In this document: one piece after another, positions 33,820-34,055 of the stretch
Position numbering within the stretch: position 1 is the stretch's first letter
Layout: each line of letters starts with the position of its first letter
From: Octopus bimaculoides
Lineage: Eukaryota
Direction: 5' to 3'
Length of the DNA: 34,055 nucleotides
Assembly (NCBI RefSeq): GCF_001194135.2
Contig: NC_068990.1
Coordinates: forward strand, 53,888,736-53,922,790
Made by a program: the position numbers and the translations under genes
Notes under the pieces: generated by a model
What the model was told of the DNA's origin: nothing
Seen by the model: only the letters and a program-made list of their open reading frames with translations
Database searches by the model: none

Positions 33820-34055
33820 TTTATATAAAAAGGATTGAGGTAACTCCTCCTGAAGATATAGAGTCAAAATTAAAAGAAGAGTGCCATTTGCTATCTCGTG
33901 AACAATATTTCGACATCTTGCGTGTCTTCCACTGGTTCAAAAAATAAATTTGTCAATCTACTTCATTTTCGTTTATATAGAAAGGATTGAGGTAACTCCT
34001 CCTGAAGATATAGAGTCAAAATTAAAAGAAGAGTGCCATTTGCTATCTCGTGAAC
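33820..34055. repeat. 152-bp tandem repeat (one full copy 33820-33971, second copy cut by the window end)
   Basis: tttatata(a/g)aaaggattgaggtaactcc...ctatctcgtgaac repeated with 1 mismatch over 84 bp. Confidence 0.9.

Overview
AT-rich eukaryotic genomic DNA, almost entirely transposable-element debris and microsatellites, with two assembly gaps (15092-15760, 18851-18892). The SINE and mariner families match my recollection of the abundant repeats in Octopus assemblies, so a coleoid cephalopod origin is an inference, not something proven here. I found no intact host protein-coding gene, rRNA, tRNA or CRISPR array, and most long ORFs in the track are microsatellite or N-gap artefacts. Supported content: (i) several decayed R4/Dong-type non-LTR retrotransposons (YMDD RT, CCHC knuckle, restriction-like endonuclease), mostly abutting (TAA)n tracts; (ii) three copies of a ~555-bp non-coding element with fixed ends that also sits in TAA tracts; (iii) a complete-ended Chapaev3-type DNA transposon (12-bp TIRs, TAA TSD) nested in one LINE; (iv) a FLYWCH-MULE with an 8-bp TSD; (v) DD37D/maT, Tc1-like and mariner remnants; (vi) Penelope-like elements, one with an inverted-repeat architecture and a candidate hammerhead ribozyme; (vii) two tRNA-derived SINE families. 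The most interesting non-routine signals are a perfect 269-bp inverted duplication that looks like a two-template repair insertion, the hammerhead candidate with a long stem II, the TAA-associated non-coding element, and an E-box/CCAAT/E2F motif cluster next to the large gap.
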